Shown piece by piece: positions 47,738 to 57,674 of a stretch of 64,000 nucleotides of DNA. Every line of letters begins with the position of its first letter. Position 1 is the first letter of the stretch. The stretch is from Candidatus Iainarchaeum sp. (GTDB lineage Archaea; Iainarchaeota; Iainarchaeia; Iainarchaeales; JAGVWC01). A program made the position numbers and the translations under genes. The stretch covers positions 64,001 through 128,000 of the forward strand of contig JAGVWC010000010.1 in assembly GCA_018304465.1 (NCBI GenBank), given 5' to 3'. The notes beneath the pieces are model-generated. The model saw nothing but the letters and a program-made list of their open reading frames with translations, ran no database searches and had not been told where the DNA came from.

Positions 47738-50065
47738 CTATTCTTCGGCCGCATCGTCCGGCGTGTCGGATTCGGTTTTTTCTTCCGCAGGGCTTTCCAC
47801 GGAAACGGTTTTTTCCGCGCCTGTTTCCTCCGAAAACTTCGCGTTTATGAGTTTGACGATTTTTTTCGCTTTTTTTTCACCCATGTTGTCGACGGCCTGC
47901 AATTCTTTTTCGGACGCGTTCACGATGGACTTGATGGATTTGAAATGACCAAGCAAAGATTTGGCCATGGTGGGACCCACCATTGGAAACGATTCCACGA
48001 CGAACTGCTGGAGTTCGGGCGTGGTAAGGCCTTTGCGGCCGGTGCGGATGCGGAGGTCTTTTTCTTTGCCGTGCTGCTCGCGCTTCGCGGTTATGTATAC
48101 GATTTCAGCGGTTTCTTTCGCGCTTCGCGACAACAAAATCGGCACGCGATAATTGACCGCGATCGAAGACAACGCCCCCATGATCGCGTTCTTGTGAATG
48201 TTTCGAAGCGAATACAAATCGTCAATGTTTCCTTCCAGAATCAAAAACGAACTTCGGTACGATTCGAGCATTGACACCAACTGGCCAAACAACCGCCCGT
48301 CAATCATGCTTTCCAAAAAATCTTCCACGGTTTTGCGCTCGATGCACACTTCGTCCGACACGACATAATCCCCGACTTCCAATTGTTTTGCCGTGATCAA
48401 TGCGCCCAGTTCCACGAGTTCGCGAATCACGGAGCTTGCTTGTTCGCGATGATCCACAAACACCAACACCTTGTCCGAGGCGCCACTTGCGAATTTGTGC
48501 AACGTGGTTTGCTTTTCGCCTTGCGGAAGAATCGAATCCTTTGTTTTTTTCATGGACTTTAACGTGGCCAGCATTTGTTTTTCCTTGGCTTGGCTTGACC
48601 AGTAATACGCTTCGTCCCGCACGCATTTTCCGTCCTGGATTCTTCCCGTGCGGCCGCGACGCTGAATCATCCGAATTTCGCTTGGAACGGGTTCGTAAAA
48701 CACCACCAAATCCACGCTGGGGATATCCAACCCTTCTTCCGCGACACTGGACCCAACAAGCACGTTAAATCCCCCGTTCCGAAACTGGTCAATGGCCGCG
48801 ATCTGTTCTTTTTGCGTCATCCCTTTTTCGTTTTCGCGCGCGGCTTGACCCACGAACCGCATGGGTTTCAATCCGTTCGAACGCGATTCGATCAGGCGAA
48901 CCAATCCGCGCACGGAATCGCGGTAATGATTGAACACGATGATTTTCGAATCCGGTTTTTCCGCCAACTGGTTTTCCAGCACCTCGATCAGACGGGTTTG
49001 TTTGGGATGCTCAATGTTTTCCGCCAAGAGTTTTTCCACCAACGACTGCGATTTTTGAATGCGCTCATCGTTTAACAGACTCTTTAACGCTTTCGACGCG
49101 CCGCTGTGCGTGGCTTCGATCCGCATTTTTTCAAAATACTCGTGCACCGCCGCCACGCCTTGGGTTTCGAGCAAGGTTTCCGCGTGACCGACTTTAAGCA
49201 ACGCCGCGAGTTTTGAAATCGCGGAAAACAACGCGGGGTTCCGACCCGGGTTTTTCGACAAATCGTTTCGAATCTGGGACTGCAAACCCAACAACTCGGT
49301 TCGACGCAAGACATTGGGCGCCATGTTTCTGGCCAACCCCAGTTTTTTCAAAAACAACAACTGGTCTTTTTGAAATTCCCGCAACAAGCCCTTGATCGTC
49401 AAAAACGATTCCGGCAAATCCACCATGATCCAATCCATGTGAATCTGATTCGAATGGGCGACTACGTCGGCATCGCCGCGCGTCTTGATCTCCACGTTTT
49501 TGATGAAAAGATTCCGGCATACGTCCTGTATTTTTTCGGAGTTTCCGCCCGGAGACGCGGTTAACCCCAAAATAATGCCGTGTTCGTTTTGCTTGACGAA
49601 TTGTTTGGCCAAAAAAACGTAACTGTATTCGCCGACCGCGCGATGACACTCGTCAAACACCACCAAGGAAAAATTTTTGAGCGAACAGTGGCCATTGATC
49701 ACGTCGTTTTCAATGACTTGCGGCGTCGCGGAAACAATCACGGACAAATCAATGATTTTTTTTCGTTTTTCCGGCGGAGTCGAGCCCGTCAACAACCCGA
49801 TTTGGTCCGACGGCAAGTCCATGACGCGCAAAAACGTTTCCTGATGCTGAACCGCCAATGGTTTGGTGGGCGAAACAATCAAAATTTTTTGCAAGGGCTT
49901 TGATTTTAACAGTTCATTGGCAACCAGGGCCGCGACAATGGTTTTTCCTAACGCGGTCGGTGCGACCACGAGCGAGTTTCCTTTTTCCAACACTTGCGCG
50001 GCCAGCACCTGCTGGTACAACCGCGGTTCAATGGCGCCTGCTTTCAAAAACGTGGCCTGGGTCAT
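47738..50065 (-). CDS. hef: Hef helicase-nuclease (DEAH helicase plus ERCC4/XPF nuclease)
   Basis: PR.YQ, PT.LGKT, DECHRA.G.Y.Y, GLTASPG, EEGLDIP, QR.GRTGR, VD.RE, GDY, ERKT..DF, HhH. Confidence 0.95.
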   Translation of the reverse strand: MTQATFLKAGAIEPRLYQQVLAAQVLEKGNSLVVAPTALGKTIVAALVANELLKSKPLQKILIVSPTKPLAVQHQETFLRVMDLPSDQIGLLTGSTPPEKRKKIIDLSVIVSATPQVIENDVINGHCSLKNFSLVVFDECHRAVGEYSYVFLAKQFVKQNEHGIILGLTASPGGNSEKIQDVCRNLFIKNVEIKTRGDADVVAHSNQIHMDWIMVDLPESFLTIKGLLREFQKDQLLFLKKLGLARNMAPNVLRRTELLGLQSQIRNDLSKNPGRNPALFSAISKLAALLKVGHAETLLETQGVAAVHEYFEKMRIEATHSGASKALKSLLNDERIQKSQSLVEKLLAENIEHPKQTRLIEVLENQLAEKPDSKIIVFNHYRDSVRGLVRLIESRSNGLKPMRFVGQAARENEKGMTQKEQIAAIDQFRNGGFNVLVGSSVAEEGLDIPSVDLVVFYEPVPSEIRMIQRRGRTGRIQDGKCVRDEAYYWSSQAKEKQMLATLKSMKKTKDSILPQGEKQTTLHKFASGASDKVLVFVDHREQASSVIRELVELGALITAKQLEVGDYVVSDEVCIERKTVEDFLESMIDGRLFGQLVSMLESYRSSFLILEGNIDDLYSLRNIHKNAIMGALSSIAVNYRVPILLSRSAKETAEIVYITAKREQHGKEKDLRIRTGRKGLTTPELQQFVVESFPMVGPTMAKSLLGHFKSIKSIVNASEKELQAVDNMGEKKAKKIVKLINAKFSEETGAEKTVSVESPAEEKTESDTPDDAAEE

Positions 50066-50209
50066 TCTACAAAGAGGATTCAAAAAATGCTTATTAAATG
50101 GAACTTGGGAATCTTGCCGGTAAAAAAGGGTTTTACAGCCTTTTCAGACCAAAAGCAACGATTCTTAAGCGTTTTGATCCAAAATAAGTAACAAAGGGGG
50201 AATTTTTTC

Positions 50210-50419
50210 GTGGGAGAACTACCTATCGCCGCGGTTGACCGTATCATCCGCAAAGCAGGGGCCGATCGGGTCAGCGAAGACGCCGCCGCCGCACTGGCCG
50301 AAATTCTCGAAGAACGCGGAATCGAAATCGGAAAACAAGCCGTGCAACTCGCCAATCACGCCAATCGCAAAACCATTACGGACGCCGATATTCGCCTTGC
50401 GGTCAAGGGAATGCATTAA
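50210..50419 (+). CDS. Archaeal histone (HMf type)
   Basis: MGELPIAAVDRIIRKAGA.RVS.DA...A.HA.RKTI...DI.LA. Confidence 0.96.
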   Translation: MGELPIAAVDRIIRKAGADRVSEDAAAALAEILEERGIEIGKQAVQLANHANRKTITDADIRLAVKGMH

Positions 50420-50443
50420 TTCCGAACAAAACCAAGTTTGATG

Positions 50444-51160
50444 CTATCGCGTACTCAGGCTTTGCCACAGAATCTCGTCCTTGTTTTTGACGACAATCCC
50501 GTCTTCCGTGATTTCCAACGGATGCACTTTTTTGGAATGATTGGTTCCACGCATTTTTCGCACGAAAATTCCGCGGTTAGGCGGAACGAAATACAACGCG
50601 ATGATTCCATCCGCCACGTATTGTTCCACGTTAAACGAACCGAATTCGTTTTTATCGCCGCTGGTTTCCGCGGTCAACAAGGTGGTGCAACCGAGTTTTT
50701 TGACTTCGGACAAAAACTGGAAAATCGTGTTCCGCAAAGTTCCGCGGTCGTCGATCCACATGCCCATGGCCGTTACCGAATCGATCACGAGGCGCTTGGC
50801 ACCGATTTCCTTGACCATGTTTCCGATTAACGTCAGTTGTTCTTCGACTTGCATGGAAACATCGGCTTTGGTATCGAATTGCACGCGTTCAATGCGCACC
50901 AGATTCTTGTCTTGCAGCGCTTTGAAATTCCATTTGAAATTCTGCATGTCCCAGACAATGTTTTGAATGTCGGTCTGCGCGGTAATGAAAATACCCGGTT
51001 CGCGCAACTGCGCGGCGCCGTTGTAAATGAACTGCTGGGCCAGAATCGTTTTTCCACACCCCGGTCCGCCCGCCAACACGACGCTGGCATTACGCGGAAT
51101 TCCACCGTCCAAAATTTCGTCTAATCCCGGAATCCCGGTTTTAACCCGATCAATCACCAT
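50444..51160 (-). CDS. KaiC/RAD55-like RecA-family ATPase
   Basis: TGIPGLD..L.GGIP, GGPGCGKT, RLVIDS, ADGII.L, KMRGT.H. Confidence 0.92.
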   Translation of the reverse strand: MVIDRVKTGIPGLDEILDGGIPRNASVVLAGGPGCGKTILAQQFIYNGAAQLREPGIFITAQTDIQNIVWDMQNFKWNFKALQDKNLVRIERVQFDTKADVSMQVEEQLTLIGNMVKEIGAKRLVIDSVTAMGMWIDDRGTLRNTIFQFLSEVKKLGCTTLLTAETSGDKNEFGSFNVEQYVADGIIALYFVPPNRGIFVRKMRGTNHSKKVHPLEITEDGIVVKNKDEILWQSLSTR

Positions 51161-51306
51161 TTCATCACCCGTTTCCTGTTAACAATAATCGTTCGAAATA
51201 TAAAAACCTTTTTAATGGCGAAAAAAACCGTTTTTCGAAAACACGAAGTAAACATTTTTATATTCGAAACCCCTTATTTTGGTCAATTCAAAGAGAGGGA
51301 CTTGGA

Positions 51307-51885
51307 ATGAATAAGAAAGGAATGGACATGGCAATCCAGATTTTTGTCGTTTTATTCGTACTCTTGGCGGTCGCCATGCTGGTACTACGACTGGTTTCGG
51401 AACAAACCCAGTCCCAAATCAAAGTCATCAACGAAGAAGCCAAAAAAGCCGAAATGTCCAAGATCAAAGCCGAATGCGACCAAGCCTGCGTCAATTGTGA
51501 CAGCCCCCAGGCCCAAGTGGGGTTTTGTCTAAAACTCATTCAATCCAGTTTATTCGAAGCCAAAGGCGCCATGGATTTTGACGGCGACGGCTTTGCCAAC
51601 GCGTACGTGGAAGAACAAGTCGGACAATACACCGGCGGACTCTACGGATTATGCGAAGACCAGATTTACTGCTCGCAAATTTCGCCCTGTAAATGCGGAA
51701 ACCGCACCTTGGACATGCGCAATTGCTTTAACGTGATCTGCGACTATTGGGAAAAACAAGGCGCGGACATTCCGATGCTGATGCAAAAATTCTTTCCGGC
51801 CCCCACCTGTGATATGAGCGACGAGGAACTCCAACGCCACTGGATCGTGAATTACCAGCAACTTATGTCCTGCGGAAGCGCGTAA
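51307..51885 (+). CDS. Type IV pilin-like protein with class III signal peptide, Cys-rich
   Basis: MNKKG/MDMAIQIFVVLFVLLAV. Confidence 0.75.
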   Translation: MNKKGMDMAIQIFVVLFVLLAVAMLVLRLVSEQTQSQIKVINEEAKKAEMSKIKAECDQACVNCDSPQAQVGFCLKLIQSSLFEAKGAMDFDGDGFANAYVEEQVGQYTGGLYGLCEDQIYCSQISPCKCGNRTLDMRNCFNVICDYWEKQGADIPMLMQKFFPAPTCDMSDEELQRHWIVNYQQLMSCGSA

Positions 51886-51900
51886 TGATTCCTTGATTTT

Positions 51901-52320
51901 ATGGAACAAGCCATTTGGTTTTATGTGGGCATCATCGGAGCCATTGTCGGACTCGGATTACTGGCCTCGGTCGTTTTGATCAACGAAAACGCGTCCAAAC
52001 ACCAAGTCGCCCAGAACAGCATCCGGTTGCTCGAACAAAAATGCAATTTCGTCTGCAGTTCCGATTTAGATACCTTGCAATCGGTCGATGTCGAATTGTC
52101 CAGCGGAATGGTCATGTACAGCAATCAAACCGCGCTTTGCATCGCGCTTCAGGACAAGCAATACTGCCGCCCGTGCAACTGCAAAATAACCGATTCCAAC
52201 AACGCGAATTTTCGATTCGATTTGAACACGAGCGAAGCCGTCGAATTGTTTTCCACCCACACCTTCAACTGCAGCTTTGAAAAAAACATAGGCGGGGTTT
52301 TGCTTGCGTGCGCGGGGTAG
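51901..52320 (+). CDS. Pilin-like protein
   Basis: N-terminal hydrophobic helix, CxxxC, operon context. Confidence 0.6.
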   Translation: MEQAIWFYVGIIGAIVGLGLLASVVLINENASKHQVAQNSIRLLEQKCNFVCSSDLDTLQSVDVELSSGMVMYSNQTALCIALQDKQYCRPCNCKITDSNNANFRFDLNTSEAVELFSTHTFNCSFEKNIGGVLLACAG

Positions 52321-52693
52321 CTCGGTCATCCCGGTGTTCGTCTGGATCACGATCCTCATTGTCACGATCGCGGCAAGCTACTGGTACTTATCCAAATTTT
52401 CAAGCGAAAAAAACGATTTCGAAAAAATCCAAAACGATTTGACGATTTTACGCAAAATGGTGGACGACGGATGCCAATCCGTTTACTATCAAGTCAGCTT
52501 TAACCCCGTGACGGAAACCGGCGACTTGAACATCACCAAAAACGCGATCTGCATGAATCTTCGTACATTATCGCGCTGTCAAACCCCCGTGTGCGTACAC
52601 CCGCTCACCGATGCGAATATCAACCTTTCCGACATTCGACAAATCACCGTGATCAAAAATGACACCAACACGATTACCATCACCGCAAAATAA
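52304..52693 (+). CDS. Pilin-like protein with class III signal peptide
   Basis: MRARG/SSVIPVFVWITILIV. Confidence 0.65.
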   Translation: MRARGSSVIPVFVWITILIVTIAASYWYLSKFSSEKNDFEKIQNDLTILRKMVDDGCQSVYYQVSFNPVTETGDLNITKNAICMNLRTLSRCQTPVCVHPLTDANINLSDIRQITVIKNDTNTITITAK

Positions 52694-53141
52694 GGGAATC
52701 TTCGAAATTCTCTCCACATTTTTCCTAGTCATCACCATTCTCGTCGTGGTCATCGGACTGTTGTTCGTGAACGCGTTTGTCATCGGAAACGAAAACGAAG
52801 TATACCGAAAACTCGAAGTCCTCGACATCGCCAACGACGTCAAAAAAAGCGTCGCGGAATGCTTCGGCCCCATCACCCCCGCGAAAATGACGGACACCGC
52901 CTTAGGGGAACGCTGCTTGAACGCGATCAAAGCCGATGGCAAAAACCGCCTAAAAGGAATCAAAATCGAGGAACTAGAATTTCTTTCCTGCACCGCCCGA
53001 ACCGCGGAATTCGGATCCGCGACCAACTGCGCGCCGGACGGCGACCGATACGTTTTTTTGGTGCGCGTGGAAGAAGGCGCGATGTCGTGCGCCGCACGAC
53101 TCGAATTGTGTCTTCATAAAACCGGGGGGGTTCGTTCTTGA
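52659..53141 (+). CDS. Pilin-like protein with class III signal peptide
   Basis: QNKG/IFEILSTFFLVITILVV. Confidence 0.65.
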   Translation: MTPTRLPSPQNKGIFEILSTFFLVITILVVVIGLLFVNAFVIGNENEVYRKLEVLDIANDVKKSVAECFGPITPAKMTDTALGERCLNAIKADGKNRLKGIKIEELEFLSCTARTAEFGSATNCAPDGDRYVFLVRVEEGAMSCAARLELCLHKTGGVRS

Positions 53142-55075
53142 CGATGATATCCGACGTGATGTCCACCTTGGTGCTCGTGATATTGTTTTTGCTTGCCAGC
53201 GGCATCATTTTAAGCCAGAACACGACGTTTCTGCAAAACAACGCCCAGAATTCGTTTTCCGAATACCAATCCGAAAAATTATCCGCGGATTTTGAATCGA
53301 TTCTTGGAATCGACGAACCCGTTTCCCAAAAAAGCCTGGCGACGCTTTTGGGCGACGCCGTGTATTACCGAAAAATCAGTTTCAGTTATCACAACCCGAC
53401 GATCATCCCGAACGCCGACATCAATTCCTACTACAACGCGGACTCGAACCAGCTCAATATCCGGTCCGCGCTCGAAACCGTCATGGACAAGCTGTACGGA
53501 AAAAACAATTATTACCTTGAAATTTCCCCGAAACTGTTGGATCTGAGATTGTTTTTCGTGATCGACGGAAGCCCCAGTTTAAACAACGAAGCGGTGCAAC
53601 TCGTGGATTACGCCACGGGAATTCCGCGCATCGTCCGCCAATTCAAAGATTTGAACTACGGAGTGCACCCCAAAGTATTCATCATGGCCGGAGAACTGAT
53701 GCAATCCAATCCATGCCAGACATTCGAAGACAACAACATCAGCTGCGAATACGTGTACAAAGAACAGCTTTACAAAGGCGTCGCGACCCCCGGTTGGCTC
53801 GCGAAAAAAGTTGCCAACGGAAATTTTCTTTCCCAAGGAGACCAGTTCGCGGACCTCAATTTCGTTCATCCGATCGCGGCTAGCAACTGGACCGTGTCCA
53901 ACGACGAGTTCTTATCGGACGATCCGAACGCGACCACGAATCCCAACACGTTGTTTTACTGCACCTGGAAATACCTCGATTCGGTTCCCGGTCACATGGA
54001 TTTCAATTTTTCGTTCGCGCAAACCAACAGCACGAATAATTCGTACAAATCCGCAGTGTGGTTTTGGGTCAACGACCATCGATTCTCCAACGTGACCAAA
54101 GACCTCAATGTCGAGCGAAAACTCGTGTCGGGCTGGAACAAATTTTGCGTGGGATATTACACCGGCCGATCCGATTTGGGCGGAACACTCACCCCGTTTG
54201 TGCCGCGCGTCGATTACTCGGTTTCCGAAGAACGCCGCCAATCCAGCGTGTTTCCATTAAACGACTTGTACGCGTTTTTGGCGGGACCCACGTCTCCGGA
54301 CGCGAATCCAAGCCAAGCCATCGCACCGGATTTTAACGGATCGTTTTACGAAGACTGGGCATCCGGAAGCGCTTTTGCCGCCGCGAACGCCGCGCCCCAA
54401 AACCAGGCCACCATGACCATGATCATTCCCATCAGCGACGAATTATCCACGGGAAGCGAATCCGAAGAATGCCAAAACATCACGGATTTCGTCGAAAAAG
54501 GATTCTGCGAAGCCTGCAACAAGAATTATGCGTCCAGCGCCAACTACGGTTGTCCCGTGAACCGTTCCCAAAAAACCGTGGACTTCGCGGTTTCCGTGAT
54601 TCAACCCACGGGTTACTACGTGTTCCCGATTCTTGCCGACACCTGTGATATTCCCGCCTGGAAACCCGATGGACGCAACTGGTTTTGCAAGAAAAAAGGA
54701 TTCAATCCGTACGGCGGACAATGCGGAACCGATCCGTTGTGCGGCGAATGCTACGGACCCGATCCCCTGCAATGCCCGGGCCTTACCTTGAATTCCAGTT
54801 CGGTCGGATGCGACAAACTCGAATGCCGTGACGCCATCAAAACCCAAATGACGCAGTTAGCCACGGAAACCGGCGGCGAAATGATCGAACTCTCAAACCT
54901 AAACGAATTATCCGGAAAAATCGACACCAATATCCGCGGCTTGCTCGACAAATTCACGATCAAAATCGGGGTCCAGCGCCCCGATTCCGAACGATACAGT
55001 TATCACCGATTAATCCCCTTAAGCAACCGCTTATTCGCATCCGTCACGTTTTGGGTATACAACGAGCGCGAATAA
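53138..55075 (+). CDS. Large membrane-anchored surface protein with vWA-like domain and Cys-rich inserts
   Basis: N-terminal TM, FFVIDGSPSL (MIDAS DxSxS), IIPISDE, LA.ETGG. Confidence 0.7.
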   Translation: MTMISDVMSTLVLVILFLLASGIILSQNTTFLQNNAQNSFSEYQSEKLSADFESILGIDEPVSQKSLATLLGDAVYYRKISFSYHNPTIIPNADINSYYNADSNQLNIRSALETVMDKLYGKNNYYLEISPKLLDLRLFFVIDGSPSLNNEAVQLVDYATGIPRIVRQFKDLNYGVHPKVFIMAGELMQSNPCQTFEDNNISCEYVYKEQLYKGVATPGWLAKKVANGNFLSQGDQFADLNFVHPIAASNWTVSNDEFLSDDPNATTNPNTLFYCTWKYLDSVPGHMDFNFSFAQTNSTNNSYKSAVWFWVNDHRFSNVTKDLNVERKLVSGWNKFCVGYYTGRSDLGGTLTPFVPRVDYSVSEERRQSSVFPLNDLYAFLAGPTSPDANPSQAIAPDFNGSFYEDWASGSAFAAANAAPQNQATMTMIIPISDELSTGSESEECQNITDFVEKGFCEACNKNYASSANYGCPVNRSQKTVDFAVSVIQPTGYYVFPILADTCDIPAWKPDGRNWFCKKKGFNPYGGQCGTDPLCGECYGPDPLQCPGLTLNSSSVGCDKLECRDAIKTQMTQLATETGGEMIELSNLNELSGKIDTNIRGLLDKFTIKIGVQRPDSERYSYHRLIPLSNRLFASVTFWVYNERE

Positions 55076-55120
55076 ACCCCTGACCAAAAGTATTTTAATC
55101 GGAAAGAACAGAAAGTAGCC

Positions 55121-57196
55121 ATGAGGGAAAAGAAACCTTTTTTTTCCAGGGGAAACATGGTTCCGGTCGTCATGATCGGCGTGTTGGTACTGGCATCCAT
55201 CTCGTTTTACATGGTTTCGTTTCCCCAAGTGCGCCCGCCGGTGTTACCCATTGACACCAGCCAAAACGAAACCCAAATCGCCCTTGAAAAAGCCGTGGAT
55301 TTGGGACTCATCAACTGGATGGAAAACGGGTTTGCTCCCCGCGAATCCCGCTGGTACAACAACGGCAGCTTTCCACCCGATTTAAACGAAGCCAAAGCCG
55401 GTGCCAGATCCTTTATCTCCACTGAAATCAACCTGATTTTACAAGAACTTGAATCCCAACGCGGATACAAATACATCGGAACCCCCGTGCTTGAATTCGA
55501 TTTTGATTCGGCCGTCACCACCACTGACTTGAACAAACGCGGCGTTCGCTTGACCGTATCCGGATTACGCATCATCAACGAATTAAAAGACGCGCAAGGC
55601 AACCTCAGCAAAAGCGAAAACGACGTGCACATCGTGATTTCACGCGATTACCCCGTCTGGGAAATGTACACGCAGTCATTGGAATGGAGCAAACTCGACT
55701 CCGGAAGCTTCAGCGCGAATCTCCAAGGCGAATTCGACAAAAAACCGTTTCAATCCCGCGCATGCAGCTGTAATACCGTGAGCATTCCCATCGCCGAAAA
55801 AATAAAGGAAAAATTAACCATCGACTGGGTTGACATCGACGCCAACGTCATCAAACCCGCGGTCCGCGAACTCCAACAAAAAATCGGACCCAATTTCGAC
55901 TGCAATTACACCGTTGAAGACAACAAAATTGAAAACATTCCCACCGTGGTCTCGAATTCCACTGCCACCTGCGATTGCCCCGGCGGCGAAACCGGCACCT
56001 GGATTGCCAACGGACAAAACTTCAATATTTTAGCGGCCTGGGACACCCCCGACATCGGTGCCAACGACATCCAATACGGACTCTACAACCATGTTTTTAT
56101 TCCCCGTGCGAGCACGGATCCCACCAAAGGATTCTCCGTGGTTCAAAACCTGATCTTTGAAGCCGACGCGAATCCCATAACGCCGCCTGCCGGCAACGGA
56201 ATCGCGATTGTTCAAGGAATGACCCGAAAAGTCGCGGGATTACTCGTGGTTTACTGCGAAGACCCCTCGATTCAGATTCCCGGCGAAGACACGTTTCGAC
56301 CCTTGTCCGCCAAATTCCGCATGCGATTCGCGGTTCAAAAAGGCGTGAAACCGCCAGACTTTTGCACCGATCTGGCCAACCAAGATATCTGCGGTGGCGG
56401 CGACGACAGCGGTGGCGGCGGAACCTTATGCGTCCCCTATACCCAATGCGGTTCCGACCCGAACTGTAATCGCTGCGAATGCCTGCGCGTCAACGGAACC
56501 GACGTTACCGTGATTCCCGAAGGCACGGTGCGCGGCGGCGGAAGCGACTTGGTCGCATCTTGCCGCGCCTTAGGCGGCGACTTCCAATGTCCGATTAATG
56601 TCCAGCGCAAATTCGTGTGCGATTACACCCACGACCAGCCGTGCTTTACCAAAAAATGCGATATTGTCGCGGGACAAGTCGTGGATGTCTGCATTCCGAT
56701 TCCAGACAAACGCTGCGACCCATTCTGCAATTCGTGTCAAGACAACGGAAGCGGAAGCTTCGTGTGTCAGCCCGACGATCGACTCGCCGGAATGACCTGC
56801 AAACCCGACAGCGACGCTTCCAAATCCAAGAACTGCTTTACCTGTCAACCCGGCGGCGTTTGCTCTGCGCGCGCGAATCTCGGAAACATCGTGTGTTCCA
56901 GCAATTCCGGTTGCCAAACATTCTGCAACGACACGCCGGAACAAGAAGGAAGATGCAACGTTCCAAACCAAACCCAAGTCGGAATCGTTTGCCCCAGTTA
57001 CGCGACCGGCGGCTACGATAACGAATGCCGTACCTGCGGAATCCAAAACGGAGTATTGATCTGTAAATCCGCAAACGACACCTGTGCCTTGGGATGCTGT
57101 TCCACGTCGGACGCCAAATGGGGCCGATGCATTGCATCCGGCGGCGCGTGTTGTCCGGCACTCAAAGAACTCACGGTGTGTCCCACCCCCACATAA
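55121..57196 (+). CDS. Large pilin-like adhesin with Cys-rich repeat C-terminus
   Basis: FSRG/NMVPVVMIGVLVL; many CxxC...G.C repeats. Confidence 0.7.
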   Translation: MREKKPFFSRGNMVPVVMIGVLVLASISFYMVSFPQVRPPVLPIDTSQNETQIALEKAVDLGLINWMENGFAPRESRWYNNGSFPPDLNEAKAGARSFISTEINLILQELESQRGYKYIGTPVLEFDFDSAVTTTDLNKRGVRLTVSGLRIINELKDAQGNLSKSENDVHIVISRDYPVWEMYTQSLEWSKLDSGSFSANLQGEFDKKPFQSRACSCNTVSIPIAEKIKEKLTIDWVDIDANVIKPAVRELQQKIGPNFDCNYTVEDNKIENIPTVVSNSTATCDCPGGETGTWIANGQNFNILAAWDTPDIGANDIQYGLYNHVFIPRASTDPTKGFSVVQNLIFEADANPITPPAGNGIAIVQGMTRKVAGLLVVYCEDPSIQIPGEDTFRPLSAKFRMRFAVQKGVKPPDFCTDLANQDICGGGDDSGGGGTLCVPYTQCGSDPNCNRCECLRVNGTDVTVIPEGTVRGGGSDLVASCRALGGDFQCPINVQRKFVCDYTHDQPCFTKKCDIVAGQVVDVCIPIPDKRCDPFCNSCQDNGSGSFVCQPDDRLAGMTCKPDSDASKSKNCFTCQPGGVCSARANLGNIVCSSNSGCQTFCNDTPEQEGRCNVPNQTQVGIVCPSYATGGYDNECRTCGIQNGVLICKSANDTCALGCCSTSDAKWGRCIASGGACCPALKELTVCPTPT

Positions 57197-57311
57197 ACAA
57201 ACGAACATGGTCGCCCATTTTTTTCGTTTTTTTCCGAATCATTTTTCTTCGTTGAAAACACAAAACTTTTTTTCCGCAAACCTTTATATAGTACCGATTC
57301 GTTACTCATAA

Positions 57312-57671
57312 ATGGTTGAAGACTCATTGGTTCAAAACGTCCGTGAGCTACTCGTGGCCAGCGGATCCGAAAAAGCCGCGATTTTGCACCTGATGGACAT
57401 GGGATTTAGCGCGCCGGAAGCCGACGACTTGATCAACAAAGCCAAACAAGGCATGGCCAACTACGAAGACTGGAAAAAAATCATGACGATTGCCCAAAAC
57501 GCGGAAGCCTCCGCCAAAGGAAACAACGACGAATTCATTGAAAAATCCGGCGAAAAAAAACGCGAAGTTCAAGGCCAGATATCCGAACTACGCACCATGA
57601 TGTCCTCGCTTAACAGTGAACTTGACACCCAAAAACCAAAAACCGAAACCAAAAAAACAAAACAACCATAA
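57312..57671 (+). CDS. Hypothetical protein with coiled coil
   Basis: I..L.DMG.S..EA..LI motif, TTTATA box upstream. Confidence 0.65.
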   Translation: MVEDSLVQNVRELLVASGSEKAAILHLMDMGFSAPEADDLINKAKQGMANYEDWKKIMTIAQNAEASAKGNNDEFIEKSGEKKREVQGQISELRTMMSSLNSELDTQKPKTETKKTKQP

Positions 57672-57674
57672 GAC

